Below are positions 54,689 to 64,000 of a stretch of 64,000 bases of DNA, piece after piece; position 1 is the first letter of the stretch, and the number at the start of each line of letters is the position of its first letter. The DNA is from an uncultured Actinomycetes bacterium (GTDB lineage Bacteria > Actinomycetota > UBA4738 > HRBIN12). The notes under the pieces were generated by a model, which was not told the origin of the DNA, searched no databases, and worked only from the letters and a program-made list of their open reading frames with translations. Made by a program: the position numbers and the translations under genes. The stretch is from positions 416,001 to 480,000 of the forward strand of contig OY969934.1 of NCBI GenBank assembly GCA_963704725.1, written 5' to 3'.

Positions 54689-56137
54689 CTACGCGGCCTC
54701 CACCCGGTGCCCGCAGGCGGGGCAGAACCGGGCGTCGGCCTGGAGGTCGTGGCCGCAGTTGGAGCAGAAGTGCGCCGCAGCCGGCGAATCGACGGCGCGG
54801 AGCGACGGAGCCCCGGGCGAGACCGGCACCTGCGGTGCCGCGGGCATCGTCACCGCCACGGCTGGGGCGACGGGCGCTGGCCTCCGGCGCGCCAGCACGA
54901 ACACCAGGCCCAGCAGGACGACGGCTCCGATCGCGATGACGCCGATGGCCCAGACGGGGAAGCCGCCCTCACTCGTCTCGGGCTGCGCGACGACGTCACC
55001 GCCCGCGGGCTCGACGGCCGACGGGCTCGGGTTCGACGCGGCGAGCTGCGACGCCTTGACCCGGTACTCCTGGGCGAGCTGGTGCGTCGGCGAGAGCGAG
55101 AGCACCTCGTCGAATCGCTCGATCGCCCCCTGGGCGTCGCCGGCGAAGTAGGCGTCGAGGCCCGCTCGGTACGCCTCGTCGACCGGCCCCAGCTCGTTCG
55201 CGACGCCGTTCTGCGCGAGCATCTCCGTGACGAGCGAGACGGGGCTGATGAAGTTGAACGCCTCGGTCTCGCCGCTGATGTTGAAGCTGTTCACGCCCAC
55301 GATGTCGCCGTCGAGGTTCGCGGTCGGCCCGCCGCTCATCCCACCCGAGAGCGCGGCGCTCATCTCGTAGACGGGAAGCAGGCCACCCTCGCGGGTCTTC
55401 TCCGAGTTGATCTGGCCGTCCTTGTAGGTGGGCTCGAGGGTCTGATCGGTGACGGCGTCGCTGGATCCCGGATACCCGATCGACAGCACGTCGGTGCCGA
55501 TCGTCACCTCGGACTCCGGCGCGAGGAGCACGGTCGGGGTGTCGGCCTGCTCCACCTTGACGATCGCGATGTCGCCCTGGCTCCAGGGCTGGTAGTTCAC
55601 GACCCGGGCGGGAAGGGCCTCTCCGGTCCGCAGGCCGCCGGCCGCCACGCCCCGCTGGACCCACATCTCGAAGTCCGGCTGGGAGCCGCGCTCGGTGCCC
55701 TCGACGCCCCAGGTCAGGTGGGCCTCGTTCAGCCAGAAGTCGAAGTCGTCCTGGAAGATCCAGCCATCGTCGATCAACCACTGGACGGCGAGCTCCAGGG
55801 CCGTCGAGCGGGCCCCCTCCTCGCCGAGGTCCACGCAGTGACCGGCCGTCACGAGATACCCGTCGGGGTTGACGGCGAAGGCGCTGCACCGGGTGCCCCA
55901 TTCGAACGCGTTGCCGTCGTTGACGTATCCCTGGAAGTTGAGCTGGGAGCTCGCGGGGACGCGCACCCACGCCGTGAAGTACTGCTCGGTGTAGAACATC
56001 GCGGGCCGGGCGATCGCCGCCGCCCGCTCCTCGGGTGTGCCGACGGTCGTCGTCTGGGCGGCCGCGGTGGGCGCGAGAAACGCGAGCAGGACCGCTGCCG
56101 AGACGAACGCGAATGCCATCGGGACGCGCCGGCTCAT
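54689..56137 (-). CDS. Exported trypsin-like serine protease with TM anchor and cytoplasmic zinc ribbon
   Basis: Signal peptide, VTAGHC, GDIAIVKV, GMSGGP, TM helix, CSNCG...FCPACG. Confidence 0.85.
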   Translation of the reverse strand: MSRRVPMAFAFVSAAVLLAFLAPTAAAQTTTVGTPEERAAAIARPAMFYTEQYFTAWVRVPASSQLNFQGYVNDGNAFEWGTRCSAFAVNPDGYLVTAGHCVDLGEEGARSTALELAVQWLIDDGWIFQDDFDFWLNEAHLTWGVEGTERGSQPDFEMWVQRGVAAGGLRTGEALPARVVNYQPWSQGDIAIVKVEQADTPTVLLAPESEVTIGTDVLSIGYPGSSDAVTDQTLEPTYKDGQINSEKTREGGLLPVYEMSAALSGGMSGGPTANLDGDIVGVNSFNISGETEAFNFISPVSLVTEMLAQNGVANELGPVDEAYRAGLDAYFAGDAQGAIERFDEVLSLSPTHQLAQEYRVKASQLAASNPSPSAVEPAGGDVVAQPETSEGGFPVWAIGVIAIGAVVLLGLVFVLARRRPAPVAPAVAVTMPAAPQVPVSPGAPSLRAVDSPAAAHFCSNCGHDLQADARFCPACGHRVEAA

Positions 56138-56278
56138 TCGGGGACCCCCTTTTCGGTTCGGATGCTCAGGGCAGAGATATCGGCACATCCGCATCGGACC
56201 TAAGGAGTCAGGGCCGATGGGCACGCCGGCGCCCCAGCCTCCGACCGGGCGCACACGAGTTGGTAGGCTCGGCAGGCG

Positions 56279-56812
56279 ATGGAGCTGCCCGAAGAGCTGG
56301 CCGGCCGGCCGCCGCGCAAGCAGGGCCACGAGGCCACGGCGACGCTCACGCTCGACGCCTACCTACGGCTGAAGGGCGAGCTCGACGAGCTGAGGGGCGC
56401 CGGCCGCACCCACATCTCGGAGCGCCTCAAGGCCGCGCGCGAGCACGGCGACATCAGGGAGAACGCCGAGTACGACGCCGCGAAGAACGAGCAGGGCCTC
56501 ATGGAGTCGCGCATCCGGAACCTCGAGCGGATGCTCCGCGATCCGGACATCGTCGAGGCCCCGGCGGCCTCCGAGGTCGTGACGGCCGGGATGCTCGTCA
56601 CGCTCCGGCCGCTGGAGGAGGACGACCCGGAGGAGGAGGTCTACCTCCTGGCCGAGTCGGCCGAGGAGCGGGCTCCCGGGGTTCGGACGATCACGACCAC
56701 CTCGCCGCTCGGCAGCACCATCCTCGGCGCCCGCGTCGACGACGAGATCGATTACCAGGCCCCGGGTGGGACGTTCCGCTACGTCGTCGTCGCGCTCGAG
56801 CCCCGGAGCTGA
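56279..56812 (+). CDS. greA: Transcription elongation factor GreA
   Basis: AREHGDIRENAEYDAAK, SPLG, APGG. Confidence 0.9.
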   Translation: MELPEELAGRPPRKQGHEATATLTLDAYLRLKGELDELRGAGRTHISERLKAAREHGDIRENAEYDAAKNEQGLMESRIRNLERMLRDPDIVEAPAASEVVTAGMLVTLRPLEEDDPEEEVYLLAESAEERAPGVRTITTTSPLGSTILGARVDDEIDYQAPGGTFRYVVVALEPRS

Positions 56813-56855
56813 GGTGCGCCGGCGCGGCCGGCGCCGGAGCGCTAGCCTCGCGTCG

Positions 56856-57560
56856 ATGGACGAGCATCGGGCGACAGGAGCAGACCCGAAGGCCACCGAG
56901 GAGCGATCGCGCGTTCGCGACATGCCCGCGCCACGGCAGGCCACGGGGCTCGCCGCCAAGCCGATGCGGTGGGTCTTCACGTGGCCGTACCGGGTCGTCC
57001 TGGCCGGCGTCTACCGGGCCGGGTTCCTCCCGTGGCAGCTCACGCTGCTGGCCCTGGCGACGAACGCGTGGGTCGGGGTCCTGCTCCTGCGCGGCGACCG
57101 GCTCGTGCCCGGGCTGCTCCTCATCCCGGCCGGCCTCCTGGACGTCCTGGACGGCGCGGTGGCCCGCCTGCGAGGGCAGGAGAGCCGGCTGGGGGCGTTC
57201 CTGGACTCGGTCCTGGATCGCGTGGGCGATCTCATCCTGTTCGGGTGTCTCTACTGGTCGCTTGCGGGCCAGGGGCGGCGGCTGGAGGCCGGCCTGGCGC
57301 TCGCGACGATGGTGATCGCCTTGACGGTGAGCCATATCCGGGCCGAGGCCGAGGCCGCCGGGGTCACGCTGACCGAGGGGTTCTTCCAGCGCCTCGAGCG
57401 GTACGTGGCAATGATGATCGGCCTCCCCGTGCCGGGGGCCCTGCTCCCGGCGCTCGCCGTGCTGACGGTGCTCGGCGGCGCGACGGTCCTGCAGCGAGGG
57501 TGGACCGGCCTGGTGCGGGTTCCGTCCGCGTTCGCCCCTCGGCCGCCGCGTTCCACGTGA
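56856..57560 (+). CDS. CDP-alcohol phosphatidyltransferase family protein
   Basis: DVLDGAVAR...GAFLDSVLDRVGD signature. Confidence 0.9.
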   Translation: MDEHRATGADPKATEERSRVRDMPAPRQATGLAAKPMRWVFTWPYRVVLAGVYRAGFLPWQLTLLALATNAWVGVLLLRGDRLVPGLLLIPAGLLDVLDGAVARLRGQESRLGAFLDSVLDRVGDLILFGCLYWSLAGQGRRLEAGLALATMVIALTVSHIRAEAEAAGVTLTEGFFQRLERYVAMMIGLPVPGALLPALAVLTVLGGATVLQRGWTGLVRVPSAFAPRPPRST

Positions 57561-57602
57561 TACGGGAAGATGGATCGGAGATCGCCGAGCCGGGACGAGA
57601 CC

Positions 57603-57932
57603 ATGAAGGACGGCTTCCAACGGATCGCATCGCTCGCGGAGGTGCCGGAGGGCGAGGTCCGCGCGTACGACCTTCCGGGTGCGCGCGTCGCCGTGGTGCA
57701 CGTGGAGCAGGAGCTCTTCGCGATCGCGGACGAGTGCCCGCACGACCAGAGCTCGCTGGCCGAGGGTGAGCTCGGCCGCGACGAGGACTCCGTGATCTGC
57801 CCCGGCGACGGGAGCGAGTTCGACCTGCGCACCGGCGAACCGCTCGAGGGACCGGCCGTCGACCCCATCCCGCTCTTCGCCGTCCGCGAGCGGGACGGCT
57901 GGATCGAGATCGGCCCGGCGACGGAGGCGTGA
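57603..57932 (+). CDS. Rieske-type ferredoxin with atypical second box
   Basis: CPHDQSSL...CPGDGSEFDLRTGE..GPA. Confidence 0.8.
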   Translation: MKDGFQRIASLAEVPEGEVRAYDLPGARVAVVHVEQELFAIADECPHDQSSLAEGELGRDEDSVICPGDGSEFDLRTGEPLEGPAVDPIPLFAVRERDGWIEIGPATEA

Positions 57933-59404
57933 TGGCGGCCGAGCTCGAACCCCAGGCGATCGTGATCTTCGGCGCGACGGGCGACCTGACCAAGCGCAAG
58001 CTCCTGCCCGCCTTCTACCACCTGTTCCTGCGGGGGCGCCTTCCCCGCGAGTTCGCCATCGTCGGCTACGCGCGGAGCCAGCGGACCGACCAGGAGTTCA
58101 TCGAGGAGGCGCGAGACCACATCGCGCGGTTCTCGCCGCACGCGCCGGAGGGAGAGGCGTGGGCGGAGTTCTCGCGGCGCCTGTCCTACCTGGCCGGTGA
58201 GTTCGACGCGCCGAAGGCGATGAAGGGGCTCGTCGAGCATCTCGACCGCGTCGACGAACGGCACGGCACGCGAGGCGGACGGTTCTTCTACGCGGCCACG
58301 CCTCCCGCCGCGTACCCCGACATCGTGCACCAACTCGGCGAGGTGGGGCTGCACCGGGACGCGAAGGTCGTGTTCGAGAAGCCGTTCGGCCGGGATCTGG
58401 CCTCCGCCATGGAGCTGAACGCGACGATGCACGAGGTCTTCGAGGAGCGGCAGGTCTACCGGATCGACCACTACCTCGGCAAGGAGACCGTGCAGAACAT
58501 CCTGGCGTTCCGGTTCGCGAACGGCATGTTCGAGCCCGTGTGGAACCGCCGGTACATCGATCACGTACAGATCACCGTGGCCGAGTCGATCGGGATCGAG
58601 GGCAGGGGGGAGTTCTACGAACAGACCGGGAACATCCGCGACATGATCTCGACGCACCTGTTCCAGGTGATGACGTTCGTGGCCATGGAGCCCCCGGTCG
58701 CGTTCGAGCCGGATCTCCTTCGGGACGAGACCGTGAAGGCGCTGCGGGCCACGGAGGCATGCCGCCCCGACCGCGTGGTGCGTGGCCAGTACCGCGGGTA
58801 CCGACAGGAGGCGGGCGTCTCGGCCGAGTCCACCGTGGAGACGTTCTCGGCCATGGAGCTCCACGTCGACAACTGGCGATGGGCGGGCGTGCCGTTCTAC
58901 CTCCGCACGGGCAAGGGGCTGAAGGAGAAGATGAGCGAGATCACGCTCAAGTTCCGGCGGGTTCCCTTCAACGTCTTCAAGGAGACGGACTTCGCGAGCC
59001 GCAAGCGCGACCACCTGACGATCCGGGTCCAGCCGGACGAAGGCATCACGATCGCGTTCAACGCCAAGCGGCCGGGCCCGGGGATGCACCTCGACCGGGT
59101 GCGGATGGAGTTCGACTACGCCGAGGAGTACCCGAACCAGGAGATCGCCGACGCCTACGAGCTCCTGCTCCTCGAGGCTATGCGCGGCGACCATTCCCTG
59201 TTCATCCGTGAGGACGGCGTGGAGCGGGCGTGGCAGATCCTCCAGCCGGTGCTGGATCGGCCCTCGCCGGTCCGGCCGTACGACCAGGGGAGCTGGGGCC
59301 CCGCCGAGGCCGATGCCCTCATCGCGCCGCACCGGTGGCACGTATCCGGCGACGACGGATCGGCGGACGACGGTCTCTCCGCCGGCCACGACCTTCCTCC
59401 TTGA
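57929..59404 (+). CDS. zwf: Glucose-6-phosphate 1-dehydrogenase
   Basis: FGATGDL, EKPFG, RIDHYLGKE, RWAGVPFYLRTGK. Confidence 0.96.
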   Translation: MMAAELEPQAIVIFGATGDLTKRKLLPAFYHLFLRGRLPREFAIVGYARSQRTDQEFIEEARDHIARFSPHAPEGEAWAEFSRRLSYLAGEFDAPKAMKGLVEHLDRVDERHGTRGGRFFYAATPPAAYPDIVHQLGEVGLHRDAKVVFEKPFGRDLASAMELNATMHEVFEERQVYRIDHYLGKETVQNILAFRFANGMFEPVWNRRYIDHVQITVAESIGIEGRGEFYEQTGNIRDMISTHLFQVMTFVAMEPPVAFEPDLLRDETVKALRATEACRPDRVVRGQYRGYRQEAGVSAESTVETFSAMELHVDNWRWAGVPFYLRTGKGLKEKMSEITLKFRRVPFNVFKETDFASRKRDHLTIRVQPDEGITIAFNAKRPGPGMHLDRVRMEFDYAEEYPNQEIADAYELLLLEAMRGDHSLFIREDGVERAWQILQPVLDRPSPVRPYDQGSWGPAEADALIAPHRWHVSGDDGSADDGLSAGHDLPP

Positions 59405-59466
59405 GCCGGCCCCCAGGCGGGCGGAGCGGTTAGGCTTCGCGCTCACTGCCCGAGGAGGGCCGCCAC

Positions 59467-60846
59467 ATGTCCGAGCGAACGCGCTTCGATCTCCCCTCCG
59501 ACCGCATCCCCCAGGCGTGGCAGAACCTCCTGCCGGTCATGGCAGCAGCGGGGGTTCCGCCACTCCCGCCGCTGCATCCGGGGACGAAGGAGCCGGTGAC
59601 CCCCGACCTGCTGGCGCCGCTGTTTCCCGAGGCGCTGATCCTGCAGGAGGTCTCGACCGAGGAATGGATCGACATCCCGGGCGAGGTCCTGGACGTCTAC
59701 CGGCTGTGGAGGCCGTCGCCGCTGTTCCGCGCCACCCGGCTGGAGCGCGCGCTCGACACGCCGGCGCGGATCTACGTCAAGTACGAGGGCGTCTCGCCCG
59801 CGGGCTCGCACAAGCCGAACACGGCCGTGGCGCAGGCGTTCTACAACAAGCAGGCGGGCGCCCGCCGCCTGTCGACCGAGACGGGCGCGGGACAGTGGGG
59901 GTCGTCGCTCGCGATGGCGTGCACGTTCTTCGACCTCGAGTGCCTCGTGTTCATGGTCAAGGCCTCATACGAGCAGAAGCCCTACCGCCGCATCTTCATG
60001 GAGACGTTCGGCGCCGAGGTCCGACCCTCGCCGACCTCGACGACGCAGGCGGGCAAGCGCGTCCTCGAGGCGCATCCGGACTCGACGGGGTCGCTCGGCA
60101 TCGCGATCAGCGAGGCGATCGAGATCGCCGCCACGAGCGAGGACACCAACTACTCCATCGGCTCGTGCCTCAACCACGTCCTGCTCCATCAGAGCGTGGC
60201 GGGGCTCGAGGCGAAGGAGCAGATGGAGATGGCCGGCGAGGTGCCGGACGTCGTCGTCGGCTGCGTCGGCGGCGGCTCCAACTACGGGGGGCTCTCCTAT
60301 CCGTTCATGGCGGGTCGCCTCCGCGGGGAGACGCCCGACATGCGGTTCCTGGCCACCGAGCCGGCGGCGTGCCCCACGCTCACCAAAGGGCGGTTCGCGT
60401 ACGACTTCGGCGACACGGCGCAGCTCACGCCGCTGCTCCCGATGTACACGCTGGGCCACGACTTCGTCCCGGCGCCGGTCCACGCCGGCGGCCTGCGCTA
60501 CCACGGTGACTCCCCGTCGCTGTCGCTCCTGGTGAAGAGCGGGCACATGGAGGCCGTCGCGTACACGCAGAACGAGGTGTTCGAGGCCGCAGTGCTGTTC
60601 GCGAAGACCCAGGGGATCGTGCCGGCTCCGGAGTCCGCGCACGCCATCCGCGGCGCCGTGAACGAGGCCGTCGCGGCGCGGGAGGCCGGTCGGGAACGCG
60701 TGATCCTCCTCGGCCTCTCCGGGCACGGGCACTTCGACATGCAGGCGTACGACGACTACCTGAACGGCCGCCTCCCGGAGGTGGAGTTCGACCCTGCGGA
60801 TCAGGAGGCGGCGCTGGCCGGCCTCCCCGATGTCCCGATCGGCTGA
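59467..60846 (+). CDS. trpB2: TrpB-like PLP enzyme (tryptophan synthase beta 2)
   Basis: [39 protein letters not shown]. Confidence 0.92.
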   Translation: MSERTRFDLPSDRIPQAWQNLLPVMAAAGVPPLPPLHPGTKEPVTPDLLAPLFPEALILQEVSTEEWIDIPGEVLDVYRLWRPSPLFRATRLERALDTPARIYVKYEGVSPAGSHKPNTAVAQAFYNKQAGARRLSTETGAGQWGSSLAMACTFFDLECLVFMVKASYEQKPYRRIFMETFGAEVRPSPTSTTQAGKRVLEAHPDSTGSLGIAISEAIEIAATSEDTNYSIGSCLNHVLLHQSVAGLEAKEQMEMAGEVPDVVVGCVGGGSNYGGLSYPFMAGRLRGETPDMRFLATEPAACPTLTKGRFAYDFGDTAQLTPLLPMYTLGHDFVPAPVHAGGLRYHGDSPSLSLLVKSGHMEAVAYTQNEVFEAAVLFAKTQGIVPAPESAHAIRGAVNEAVAAREAGRERVILLGLSGHGHFDMQAYDDYLNGRLPEVEFDPADQEAALAGLPDVPIG

Positions 60847-61342
60847 GGTCTCCGTCCGGTCGCTCCGGCGCGACGATCTGGCGACGCTGAACCGCGAGCT
60901 CCCCACGTGGAGCTCGACCGAGTACGCGAGGCGGATGGCCGCGCAGGAGCGGGGCGAGCTGGTCCAGGCCATCGCGTGGGCCGGCGACGCACCCGTTGGG
61001 CGCGGCATGGTGCTCTTCCCCGCCCACGAGGAGTACTCGATCTCCTCGCTGCGCGAGCGCTGTGCCGAGGTCCGAGACGTCTTCGTGCCTGTGGAGCGGC
61101 GGCGGACGGGCGTTGGCCGGGCGGTGATGCGGGCGCTCGAGGACGCCGCCGCGGACCGGGGCGTTCGCCGCGTCGGCCTCACCGTCTCCGACTCTGAGGA
61201 CGCGGTGGCCGCCCGGGCGCTCTACGCCGGCCTCGGGTACACACGCGCGCACGGTCCCTTCATCACCAGCCGGTACCTCGAGGGTGACGATGGGCCGTTC
61301 CCGGTCTGCGCCGTCCTCGTCTACCTGACGAAGCAGGTGTAG
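60830..61342 (+). CDS. GNAT-family N-acetyltransferase
   Basis: [27 protein letters not shown]. Confidence 0.85.
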   Translation: MSRSAEVSVRSLRRDDLATLNRELPTWSSTEYARRMAAQERGELVQAIAWAGDAPVGRGMVLFPAHEEYSISSLRERCAEVRDVFVPVERRRTGVGRAVMRALEDAAADRGVRRVGLTVSDSEDAVAARALYAGLGYTRAHGPFITSRYLEGDDGPFPVCAVLVYLTKQV

Positions 61343-61350
61343 GCGGACGC

Positions 61351-62604
61351 TCAGGGCTCGTTCGACACCTCGCGGAGCCGCCGCCGCAGGTACGCCGTCT
61401 CGCTCGGGTTGGTGGCGAGCTCGATCGCTCGCCCGTACGCTGCCGAGGCCTCGTCCCGCCGTCCCAGCCGGCGCAGGAGGTCGGCGCGGGCGGCATGGAA
61501 CAGGTGGTACCCGTCGAGCTCGCCGGCCAGCGCATCCATCAGCGCCAGCCCCCGCGCCGGGCCGTCGGCCATGGCGATGGCGACCGCCCGGTTGAGATCG
61601 ACCACGGGGGAGGGCGCGGTCTCGGCCAGCCGCCCGTAGAGCGCGGCGATCTGCGGCCAGTCGGTGTCCTCGGGCCGTGGCGCGCGAGCGTGCAGGGCGG
61701 CGATCGCGGCCTGGAGCTGGTACGGCCCCGCCCGTCGCGCCGCGATGGCGCGTTCGAGGGTGGCCAGCCCCTCATCGATCATGTCGTGATCCCACCCCGA
61801 GCGGTTCTGGTCCTCGAGCAGGACGAGCTCCCCTTCGGCGTCGGATCTCGTCTCGCGCCGCGAGTGCTGGAGCAGCATGAGGGCCAGGAGGCCGGCGGGC
61901 TCCGGCTCCGCCGGCATCAGCGCGGCGAGGACCCGGGCCATCCGGATGGCCTCGTCGCACAGCTCGGTGCGAAGGAGCGGGCCCGCCATCGCCGCGTACC
62001 CCTCGTTGAACACGAGATAGAGCACGGCCAGGACCCCGGGGAGCCGCTCGGGAAGCAGCTCCGCCGGGGGCACGCGATACGGGATCGCGGCCGCCCGGAT
62101 CTTTCGCTTGGCGCGGACGATCCGCTGCGCCATCGCCGGTTCGGCCACGAGGAAGGCCCGGGCGATCTCGCCGGTGGACAGCCCGCCCAGCGTCTTCAGC
62201 GTGAGGGCCACGCGAGCGTCCATCGGCAGCGCGGGGTGGCAGCACGTGAAGATCAGCCGGAGCCGGTCGTCGGGGATGCCGCTCACGTCGGTCTCGTCAC
62301 CTCCGAGCGCCTCGAGCGCGGCCAGGCGCTTCAGGGTCTCCGTGCGCTCGCGGAGGGCGCGCTCGCGCCGGAGGCGGTCGACGGCCCGGTTGCGCGCCGT
62401 GGTGGTGATCCAGGCCGCCGGGTTGTCGGGGACGCCCCGGCCGGGCCAGGACCGCAGGGCCTCGGCGAACGCTTCCTGCACTGCCTCCTCGGCCAGGTCG
62501 AAGTCCCCGAGGACGCGGATGAGGGTCGCGACCGCCCGCCCCCGCTCCTGCCGGAACAGCCGGTCGACGACGACGCGCGGGTCGATCCCTACTCCTCGCC
62601 CCAC
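61351..62604 (-). CDS. ECF sigma factor with C-terminal DUF6596/TPR extension (ECF42-like)
   Basis: [58 protein letters not shown]; start uncertain. Confidence 0.9.
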   Translation of the reverse strand: MGRGVGIDPRVVVDRLFRQERGRAVATLIRVLGDFDLAEEAVQEAFAEALRSWPGRGVPDNPAAWITTTARNRAVDRLRRERALRERTETLKRLAALEALGGDETDVSGIPDDRLRLIFTCCHPALPMDARVALTLKTLGGLSTGEIARAFLVAEPAMAQRIVRAKRKIRAAAIPYRVPPAELLPERLPGVLAVLYLVFNEGYAAMAGPLLRTELCDEAIRMARVLAALMPAEPEPAGLLALMLLQHSRRETRSDAEGELVLLEDQNRSGWDHDMIDEGLATLERAIAARRAGPYQLQAAIAALHARAPRPEDTDWPQIAALYGRLAETAPSPVVDLNRAVAIAMADGPARGLALMDALAGELDGYHLFHAARADLLRRLGRRDEASAAYGRAIELATNPSETAYLRRRLREVSNEP

Positions 62605-62945
62605 TCCATGATCGGACGAACCTCGACCGATCCTCGGCCGACGCTTGGGATCCTCGAGGCGGCCTCGATGGCCTCGTCCAGGTTCGCGCAGCGGATCAGG
62701 TAGTACCCGCCGAGCTGCTCCTTGGTCTCCGCGAACGGTCCGTCCGTCGTGATGGTCTTGCCGTCCTGCTCGCGGACCGTGGTCGCGGACGACGTGGCCT
62801 CGAGGGCCTCGCCGCCGAGGTGCCACCCCTTCTCCTGGAGCCAGGCCGTGTAGTCGGTCCACTTCTGGTTCTCGGCGTCGATGTTCTCCGGCGGCGATTC
62901 GTTCCAGGCGTTCTCGTCGCCGTAGATCAAGATCAGGTATCGCAT
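62589..62945 (-). CDS. YCII (DGPF) domain protein
   Basis: [21 protein letters not shown]. Confidence 0.92.
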   Translation of the reverse strand: MRYLILIYGDENAWNESPPENIDAENQKWTDYTAWLQEKGWHLGGEALEATSSATTVREQDGKTITTDGPFAETKEQLGGYYLIRCANLDEAIEAASRIPSVGRGSVEVRPIMEWGEE

Positions 62946-63036
62946 CCCGCCTCCTCCTCAGCCGAGCGGCAGCCGGCCGGCCGTCGGGCCGGCTCACCCT
63001 ACCGACGAATGCGGCCGGTCGCTTTCGACAGGGGCG

Positions 63037-64000
63037 TCAGATCTGCAGGGTGACGGCCCGCTGGGGCAGGCCGAACGCCCGGGCGGCGGTCCGGATGCTT
63101 TCGCGCGCGAGGTACGAGTACCCGGCCGGCGTGAGGTGGATCCCGTCGCCGGCGCGCATCTCCTGCAGGACGCCGCGCTCGTTGCGCAGGTACGCCGAGT
63201 AGTCCCCGCCCCGGTTGGAGAGCAGCCGCCAGGCGTCGACGTAGGTGGCCAGGGGGTCGGCCTCGGCCGTCTCGCGGTAGATCTGGTTCACGCGTCGGTA
63301 GAAGGCCCACCGACGGTGGTCGCGGACGATGGGGATGCCCACCCACACGACGCGGGTGCCGTTCGCGGTCGCTTCGTGCAGGAACTCGGCCGCGCGCTCC
63401 TGGTACGACTCGATCCAGGCGGTGCTCCCGACCGGGATGTCCTGTCCATCGGGCGTGACCTGGGCCTGGTTGTCGTTCGAGCCGAACATCACGAACAGCA
63501 CGTCCGGCCGGACCTCGTCCTCGATCCGTCGCAGCGCGACCTGCCAGTTGAAGTAGTCCTGTCGCGCCAGGCCCGTGGACTGCCTGCCGAGCGGCAGCAC
63601 CCGGCTCACGTCCGCGTCGAACCATTCGGCGATCCCCGGTCCCAGCCCCTGCGAGAGCGAGTCCCCGACCACCGCGACGCGCAGCTTGGCTTCCTGCGTG
63701 GGGACTCGGATGGCCGGCGGCGGCGCCTCGCGATCCCCGCCGGACGACTGGCCGGTCCCGCCGCTCTGTGGCTGGCTTGGGGGCGAGGGCGACTCGCGCC
63801 CGTCGGAGGGCGTCCCGCACGACGCGGGGCTCGGTGACAGGTGGCGGGAGCGGCGGCAGGTCGAGCTCGGGCAGGACGAGCTCGCCGCCGGGTTGCTCGT
63901 CGGGATCGCGCCCGAGCGCCCGGACGACCAGGTCGCCGGCGCCGCCGAGCCCGAGCGCGTCGGAGACCGCCGACAGGGGTCGGAGCACGGCGAGCGCGGC
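63037..64000 (-). CDS. SGNH/GDSL-like (DUF459) protein, 5' end outside window, with an apparent frameshift near 63826
   Basis: VVGDSL, STGLARQDYFNW, FGSND, DGIHLT; the upstream coding-like frame (ALGRDPDEQPGG...) differs from the catalytic frame. Confidence 0.8.
   Translation of the reverse strand, partial: PRSPCSDPCRRSPTRSGSAAPATWSSGRSGAIPTSNPAASSSCPSSTCRRSRHLSPSPASCGTPSDGRESPSPPSQPQSGGTGQSSGGDREAPPPAIRVPTQEAKLRVAVVGDSLSQGLGPGIAEWFDADVSRVLPLGRQSTGLARQDYFNWQVALRRIEDEVRPDVLFVMFGSNDNQAQVTPDGQDIPVGSTAWIESYQERAAEFLHEATANGTRVVWVGIPIVRDHRRWAFYRRVNQIYRETAEADPLATYVDAWRLLSNRGGDYSAYLRNERGVLQEMRAGDGIHLTPAGYSYLARESIRTAARAFGLPQRAVTLQI

Overview
High-GC actinobacterial-type chromosomal window with about 58 protein-coding genes and no rRNA, tRNA or CRISPR array that I can see. 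Most of it is ordinary content: three SF1-type helicases, an OmpR-type two-component pair, a ChlI/MoxR-VWA pair, an Opp/Dpp transporter whose oppA/B/C region is full of indels, an amine gamma-glutamylation cluster interleaved with a polyol catabolic operon, greA, zwf, trpB2 and a YCII/ECF-sigma pair. The standout is a more AT-rich block at about 12.5-18.3 kb. It holds two unannotated paralogous 27-aa signal-peptide-like ORFs that both end in AGGAHIRF (12633-12715 +, which needs one restored base, and 14664-14747 -). It also holds two paralogous membrane-sensor HisKA_3 kinases with no response regulator, a DUF5317 membrane protein with an LspA-like Asp pair, a divergent SARP/BTAD-STAND regulator facing 11-bp-period heptamer repeats, and a complete IS3-family element (4-bp TSD) inserted in the peptide/kinase divergent promoter region. 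I interpret this block as a candidate peptide-pheromone (quorum-sensing-like) system; that interpretation is inference.
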